From an uncultured Candidatus Rokubacteria bacterium (GTDB taxonomy: Bacteria > Methylomirabilota > Methylomirabilia > Rokubacteriales > DASRDR01), in assembly GCA_963805625.1 (NCBI GenBank), contig CAWDVE010000016.1:32001-96000 (forward strand): 64,000 bases of DNA, written 5' to 3'. Positions 58,664 to 64,000 of the stretch are shown here, piece after piece; position 1 is the stretch's first letter, and each line of letters starts with the position of its first letter. The translations under genes and the position numbers were made by a program. A model generated the notes under the pieces. The model was not told where the DNA came from and did no database searches. It saw nothing but the letters and a program-made list of their open reading frames with translations.

Positions 58664-59449
58664 TCAGCGTCGCGGTCGCTCCTCATCCCAGTACGTTGGA
58701 CGGCGGTAGTGGGCATAGAGGCGCGACTCCAGAACCCGCTCCAGCGGCGCGTTCGGGTCGTACTCCGGCGCCGTCTCCACCGCCTTGCGAAGCAGGTCGA
58801 CGTACACGCGGGAGTCGTCCCAGCTGACGGTCTTGATCCATCCTGGCGAGATCACGACCTTGCGCCCTGGGAGCCAGTTCCGCGTGTCGACCACGAGGTA
58901 TCGGATGGCCCACGTCCTGTCGTCGACTAGGAAGTCTTCCACGTGACCGACGTCATCGTCCGCAGCCTGCACGTAGTAGCCGATCACGTCCCGGGCACTG
59001 TGGAGATGGATGTCGGCGCTCTCCCGCTCTCGCGCGACGATCTCCTCCTCGACAGGGTCCGGACGTGGGACGGGCGGCGCCCCGATCAATGGATCCCAGC
59101 CTATTCCCCAGCGGGCCGGACCCGTCCAGTAGTAGGGGTAGTCGTAGTATCGCGAGTACGCAATCTCGTGCTGGCGAGACACCGGCTTGTCAGTGTCCCA
59201 GCTCGGCGCTTGCTCGATCTGTGCCTTGCTGAGACCCACGTTCAACCGATCGCCGACCACGTCGGCGGAGTTGTGCAGGGACATCGGCGAGACGAGCACC
59301 CGGCGACCGGACAGCCATGTGCCCGTATCGACGACGAAGTAGCGGACGGTCCAGTGCTTGGCATCGAAGTACACGTCGTGGACGCTCCCAATCTCACCGT
59401 CGATTGCGCCCACGGTCAGGCCCTTCAGGGTCGAGATCCCTCGCAGCAT
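58664..59449 (-). CDS. Tandem PRC-barrel domain protein
   Basis: Two repeats of G-x-V-x-D...W-x2-RY-x-VVDT-x2-WL-x-GR. Confidence 0.9.
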   Translation of the reverse strand: MLRGISTLKGLTVGAIDGEIGSVHDVYFDAKHWTVRYFVVDTGTWLSGRRVLVSPMSLHNSADVVGDRLNVGLSKAQIEQAPSWDTDKPVSRQHEIAYSRYYDYPYYWTGPARWGIGWDPLIGAPPVPRPDPVEEEIVARERESADIHLHSARDVIGYYVQAADDDVGHVEDFLVDDRTWAIRYLVVDTRNWLPGRKVVISPGWIKTVSWDDSRVYVDLLRKAVETAPEYDPNAPLERVLESRLYAHYRRPTYWDEERPRR

Positions 59450-59538
59450 AGCGTCCTCCATCATGGCGTCGGAGACACCCAGGCCCACGGGACGATCAGA
59501 CCTGCGCGGAGACCGTCGCCAGCCTCCACATGTCGCGC

Positions 59539-59554
59539 CGCAACTGTCGTGCCA
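59539..59554 (-). promoter_or_regulatory. sigma54 promoter upstream of the PRC-barrel gene
   Basis: TGGCACGACAGTTGCG, a near-perfect -24/-12 consensus. Confidence 0.7.
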
Positions 59555-59937
59555 CGAGATCCAGCCAGATCCCAGAGACCTGGGGCACACGCAGCCTAGC
59601 GGCCCCGAAGGTAAACCCTCAGTTTCGCGCGCCGTGTTGTGCCTGACAGAACCGACACCGTGTCGTGAGAACGTCATCCTGGCGAGCGAAACTCCCTGTG
59701 GCGTCGGCGCACGAGTGCGCCCGGATCACGTGCGGCGCTGCATGCGCGAGGGCCGCGCTAACGGTGGGCTGGGAATCCGCCGCACGGGCTGCGCCCGACA
59801 CGCACGGCCCTTGCGCGACGATGCTGATGCCGCCGCAGATCAGACGGACATGGCGTCGGATCCAGGGTGGCCTAGCGTGGCGCACTCGCCCTCCTGGTCC
59901 TCGGGAGCACTGTTGGTCTGCCCCTCGAGCGCGGCTC

Positions 59938-59994
59938 GCCCGTCAAGGCCGTGCGGTGGATGCAGGTCCCGTCGACCCCCCCTGAAACCCTCGG
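59938..59994 (+). repeat. Decayed 3' half of tRNA-Asp (attR-like relic)
   Basis: GCCCGTCAAG...CAGGTCCCGTCGACCCC...TGAAACC aligns with 46002-46057; 14-bp exact core GTCCCGTCGACCCC. Confidence 0.6.
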
Positions 59995-60070
59995 GACATA
60001 GAAGGTCGACGGCACCCCGCAGTCGCAGGGAAACCGCCGTCAAACCGGTGGCCGCCGGGGATTCCGACCG

Positions 60071-60811
60071 CTATCGTCGGGCGACCAACCGTCGGAACAC
60101 CGCTCCGTAGGTGAACCCGTAGCCCGCCGCTAGTTCGGCGGCCTGGCGCTTCACGCGCTCGCCGAGGGTGTCGCCGTCCGGCACGTTGAAGCCGGGTACC
60201 TGGCTCTCGTGACGGACGAGCGCCGCGATCTGCCGGTCGATCGAGTCTGAGACGTCCACGATCACGTCGGGCTGGTCCATGCCCCAGTACCACAGCTCGC
60301 AGACCTTGTGCGGCTCGAGGCCTTCCTCATCCACGTGCTCGGGGAAATGGAGGTGATCGCGGGCGAACGGGTAGATGGCGTCGGTCGTCACGATCCCCGC
60401 CTTCCGGTGATCGCGGTGCTGAAAGCTCTTCATGCGGTACGGATCGTGGACGAAGACGGTGTGCGGGCGGTAGCGCCGGATAGCCCGCACGACATCTCCG
60501 AGGAACTCACGGGTGTCCTCCAGACCGCCGTCCGGGTAGCCCAGCATGACGACGTGGCGGACCCCCATGAAGTCCGCGGCGGCCTGCTGCTCGTCGGCCC
60601 GGCGGGCCGCCAGCTCGGCGGGCGTCAGCGAGCGGTCTGCGGTGCCAGCTCCCCCGTTGGTGCAGAGCACGTAGGTGACCTCGCAGCCCGCGGCCACCCA
60701 CTTGGCCACCACGCCGCCCGAGCCGATCTCGGCGTCGTCCGGGTGAGCGAAGATCACCATGGCCCGGTCGGGCACCGCGGTCACGACCTCGAGCTTTTCG
60801 TCGCCGGACAC
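60071..60811 (-). CDS. PIG-L/LmbE-family deacetylase
   Basis: AHPDDAE, TNG, HRDH and HESQ motifs. Confidence 0.9.
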   Translation of the reverse strand: MSGDEKLEVVTAVPDRAMVIFAHPDDAEIGSGGVVAKWVAAGCEVTYVLCTNGGAGTADRSLTPAELAARRADEQQAAADFMGVRHVVMLGYPDGGLEDTREFLGDVVRAIRRYRPHTVFVHDPYRMKSFQHRDHRKAGIVTTDAIYPFARDHLHFPEHVDEEGLEPHKVCELWYWGMDQPDVIVDVSDSIDRQIAALVRHESQVPGFNVPDGDTLGERVKRQAAELAAGYGFTYGAVFRRLVARR

Positions 60812-61072
60812 CGTTCCTCCTGGCCTGGACTCTGGAGCGCTCCGAAGACCTGATTCTCCCGACGAGCGGTGCCAACGCTACTGACCGGCCCCAGCCGCGG
60901 CCGGCCGCCCGTCGATGGGCGACGGGCGAGCGAGAATCGACCGCTAGTGTAACGCGGGCCGGGACCGGACAAGGATGCCGGGGGCTCGGCCCCGTCCCTT
61001 CTCTTGCGAAGATCTTCGAAGAATGATGGATTGCCGGGTCGAGAGATCACGGCACGGCGCGCCGCCTGAGTG

Positions 61073-61150
61073 GATCACCTCGTCGGTACGGGCGAGCAGC
61101 GGCGCGGCAGATCGAGGCCGAGCACCTTGGCGACCTTGAGATTGATCATC
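61073..61150 (-). pseudogene. Second C-terminal relic of an ABC_sub_bind-type protein
   Basis: INLKVAKVLGLDLP/LLARTDEVI with a frameshift. Confidence 0.6.
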
Positions 61151-61356
61151 TGCCGGAAGAATCCAGGCACGGCAGAGCCGTCCCTGAACCCGGCATCGGC
61201 CGAGTCCCCCGCGAGCCGATTCCCGGGGATGGCCGGAGCGGAAGAAGCGTCAGGCGCACGGCTTGACGCACCGCGGCAAACAGGCTAGCGTACGGGCACC
61301 GACCCGCCCCGGCCATCGGGACGACGGTCGAGACGCTCTGCGACGGGAGACCAGCC

Positions 61357-62568
61357 ATGCACACACGGCGCCCCCTCCTCATCGGGCTCCTCGCCCTCAT
61401 CGCGGTCACGGCCCTTGGCCCCGGTCTGAGCCACGCCCAGGGCCCCATCAAGATCGGCTTGGTCCAGGGGCTGACCGGACCCTTCGAGGTCTACGCCAAG
61501 CAGGCGGTGACCGGCTTCAAGCTGGGCCTCGAGTACGCCACGGGCGGCAAGCTGGAGGCGCTCGGGCGCAAGATCGAGGTGCTGGTCGAGGACGATCAGC
61601 TCAAGCCCGACGTCGCCAAGCGGCTGGTTACCAAGCTCTACGGCGACGACAAGGTCGACCTCGTGGTGGGCACGACCAGCAGCGCCGCCGCCCTGGCCAT
61701 CCTCCCCGTCGCCGAGGAGTTCAAGAAGGTCCTGGTGGTCGAGCCGGCGGTAGCCGACAGCATCACCGGCGAGTCCTGGAACCGCTACGTCTTCCGGACC
61801 GGCCGGAACTCCGGACAGGACGCGATCTCCAACGCCCTCGCGGTGGCGAAGCCCGGGGTGCTGATCGCCACGATCGCCCAGGACTACGCCTTCGGCCGGG
61901 ATGGCGTGGCGGCGTACAAGGCGGCGGTCGAGAAGCTCGGTGCCAAGGTGGTCCAGGAAGAGTACACGCCGCGGGATGCGACGGACTTCACGGCGCCCAT
62001 CCAGAAGATCGTCGGCGCGCTGAAGGACAAGCCGGGTCCCAAGTACGTCTTCGTGATCTGGGCGGGCAAGGGTGGCCCCTTCGCCCAGCTCGTCGCGAGC
62101 CGCCTCGACAAGTTCGGCATCACGCTCACGACCGGCGGCAACGTGCTGGACGTGCTCAAGGCGATGAAGGCCCAGAACCTCGAGGGCCTGGTGGGCGGCG
62201 CCTACTACTACTACGAGATCCCCAAGAACCCCGTAAACGATTGGCTGGTTCGCGAGCACCGGAAGCGCATGAACGACGAGCCGCCGGACTTCTTCACGGC
62301 GGGGGGCTTCGCCGCGGCCATGGCCGTCGTCACCGCCGTCCAGAAGGCCGGGGGCACGGACACCGAGAAGCTGATCCAGGCGATGGAGGGCATGGACTTC
62401 GACACGCCCAAGGGGAAGATGACGTTCCGGAAGGAGGACCACCAGGCCCTCCAGGCTATGTACGCCTTCCGGCTGACCGCGCGCCCTGACGTCCCATGGC
62501 TCATCCCCCAGCTCGTCCGCGAGCTGTCGCCCCAGGAGACGGCCCCGCCGATCCTGAACAAGCGGTAG
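61357..62568 (+). CDS. Liv-type (HAAT) ABC substrate-binding protein
   Basis: IKIGLVQGLTG, EDDQLKP, EPAVADSITG and FRKEDHQALQ motifs. Confidence 0.92.
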   Translation: MHTRRPLLIGLLALIAVTALGPGLSHAQGPIKIGLVQGLTGPFEVYAKQAVTGFKLGLEYATGGKLEALGRKIEVLVEDDQLKPDVAKRLVTKLYGDDKVDLVVGTTSSAAALAILPVAEEFKKVLVVEPAVADSITGESWNRYVFRTGRNSGQDAISNALAVAKPGVLIATIAQDYAFGRDGVAAYKAAVEKLGAKVVQEEYTPRDATDFTAPIQKIVGALKDKPGPKYVFVIWAGKGGPFAQLVASRLDKFGITLTTGGNVLDVLKAMKAQNLEGLVGGAYYYYEIPKNPVNDWLVREHRKRMNDEPPDFFTAGGFAAAMAVVTAVQKAGGTDTEKLIQAMEGMDFDTPKGKMTFRKEDHQALQAMYAFRLTARPDVPWLIPQLVRELSPQETAPPILNKR

Positions 62569-62573
62569 CCCGC

Positions 62574-63392
62574 GTGCGGCCGGCGGAGCCCCAGCCACCC
62601 GGCGGCGACGCCGGCGCGGCGGCGGCGCCCGACCGGCCCCTCCTCCGGACCGCCGGGCTCACGCGGCGCTTCGGCGGCCACGTCGCGCTCGACCGCGTCG
62701 ATCTCGCCGTGCCCCGGGGTGCGCTCAAGTCGATCATCGGGCCCAACGGCGCCGGCAAGACCACGCTCTTCAACCTGCTCAGCGGGCAGCTCCGGCCGAC
62801 CGCGGGCCGAGTGGTCTTCGACGGGCGCGACGTCACCGCGCTCGGCCCGGCGGCGCGGACGCGTCTCGGGATCGGGCGCTCGTTCCAGCTGACCCACGTC
62901 TTCCCGACGCTGACCGTGATCGAGAACGTGCGCCTCGCTGTCCAGGCGCGCGCGGGCCGCGGCCTGGTGGCGTGGCGCGACGCCCATGCCTATCCGGAGC
63001 TAGAGAACGAGGCGCGCGCGATCCTCGGCACGGTTCGCCTCGACACTCGCGCCGCCGCGCCGGCTGGCACCCTGCCCCATGGGGACAAGCGGAAGCTGGA
63101 CGTAGGCATCCTCCTCGGGCTCGATCCGCGGCTCCTGCTTCTCGACGAGCCCACCGCCGGGATGGCGTTGGAGGAAGTGCCGGCCATCGTCGCGCTGATC
63201 GAGCAGATCCGGCGCGAGGGAACGCGGACGATCCTGCTCGTCGAGCACAAGATCGACATGGTGATGGCGCTCTCGGACTCGATCGCCGTCCTCCAGGACG
63301 GGCGCCTCATCGCCGACGACACCCCGGCGCGCGTGAGCCGGGACCCGGCCGTTCAGGCCGCCTACTTCGGCGGCGCCCGCCGGGCGGGGTGA
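62574..63392 (+). CDS. livG: Liv-type ABC ATP-binding protein (LivG-like)
   Basis: GPNGAGKTT, GRSFQ, LLDEPTAG, VEHK and VQAAY motifs. Confidence 0.88.
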   Translation: MRPAEPQPPGGDAGAAAAPDRPLLRTAGLTRRFGGHVALDRVDLAVPRGALKSIIGPNGAGKTTLFNLLSGQLRPTAGRVVFDGRDVTALGPAARTRLGIGRSFQLTHVFPTLTVIENVRLAVQARAGRGLVAWRDAHAYPELENEARAILGTVRLDTRAAAPAGTLPHGDKRKLDVGILLGLDPRLLLLDEPTAGMALEEVPAIVALIEQIRREGTRTILLVEHKIDMVMALSDSIAVLQDGRLIADDTPARVSRDPAVQAAYFGGARRAG

Positions 63393-63396
63393 GCCC

Positions 63397-64000
63397 GTGA
63401 CGGCGAGGTCCCACGCGGAGGACACGCCGCTCCTCGAGCTCCGGGACGTCCACGCCGACATCGGGCAGCACCACATCCTCCAGGGCGTGTCGCTGCGCGC
63501 GCGGCGCGATGCCGTCACCGTGCTCCTCGGGCGTAACGGCGCCGGCAAGACGACGACGCTCCGGACCGTGATGGGCTTGATCGCCGCGCGGCGCGGGGAG
63601 GTGCGGTTCGACGGCGAGCCCATCGCCGGGCGCGCGCCCCACCTGGTGGCGAGACTCGGGATCGGCTACGTGCCCGAGGGCCAGGGCATCTTCGGAACGC
63701 TCACGGTGGACGAGAACCTCCGGGTCGCCCAGCGGACGTTCGACGCCGCGGCGCCCGACCGCCTCCGGCGCGTCTTCGAGCTGTTCCCCGACCTCGGTCG
63801 GTTCCGGCACGCCCGGGCGGCAACGCTCTCGGGCGGCCAGAAGCAGATGCTGGCAATCGCGCGGGCCCTGGTCAATCCGAACCGGCTGCTCCTGATCGAC
63901 GAGCCGTCCAAGGGCCTGGCCCCGATAGTGGTCGAGCACCTCGTCGAGGCGCTCCGCGCCATGAAGCGGGACCTGACCGTCGTCCTCGTCGAGCAGAACC
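63397..64000 (+). CDS. livF: Liv-type ABC ATP-binding protein (LivF-like), runs off the right edge
   Basis: GRNGAGKTT, YVPEG, LSGGQKQML, DEPSKGLAP and VEQN motifs. Confidence 0.88.
   Translation, partial: MTARSHAEDTPLLELRDVHADIGQHHILQGVSLRARRDAVTVLLGRNGAGKTTTLRTVMGLIAARRGEVRFDGEPIAGRAPHLVARLGIGYVPEGQGIFGTLTVDENLRVAQRTFDAAAPDRLRRVFELFPDLGRFRHARAATLSGGQKQMLAIARALVNPNRLLLIDEPSKGLAPIVVEHLVEALRAMKRDLTVVLVEQN

Noticed and set aside
7-64000. Many long overlapping ORFs rich in R, G, P and A (e.g. 38318-40561, 22117-24213, 18763-20478)
   Set aside because: These are shadow frames expected at high GC, overlapping genes with clear family motifs.

Overview
GC-rich bacterial window. The gene content and the short 'INLKTAKALGL' ABC-binding-protein relics resemble Candidatus Rokubacteria/Methylomirabilota (inference, not proven). 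Most of it is transport and catabolic operons: a NitT/TauT-type ABC cluster (1-11 kb), a hydantoinase/CoA-ligase/crotonase cluster (19-35.5 kb), a peptide-type ABC cluster (49.7-55.4 kb) and a Liv-type ABC (61-64 kb). The organising feature is one intact tRNA-Asp(GTC) at 45971-46048. Upstream lie three direct-repeat modules of about 250 bp (about 11.25, 16.09 and 36.29 kb). Each has an anticodon-arm-like hairpin, a TTGACC-N17-TAATCT promoter, the 42-nt 5' half of that tRNA, an intrinsic terminator and a tandem CGGGCATAGTTT repeat. They delimit cargo blocks without a recognisable intact integrase: an SNF2 helicase/YqhG pair with toxin-antitoxin genes; two related HTH + DUF6036-like nucleotidyltransferase modules; a catabolic island; and a sigma54-linked secreted Zn-hydrolase operon. 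Downstream are a tyrosine-integrase relic, a 5' half of tRNA-Leu(CAG) and a decayed tRNA-Asp 3' half at about 59.95 kb. Two IS elements with defined ends are present. Their frameshifts, and those in repeated genes, may be decay or assembly indels. All product calls come from motif recognition by eye; no database searches were run.
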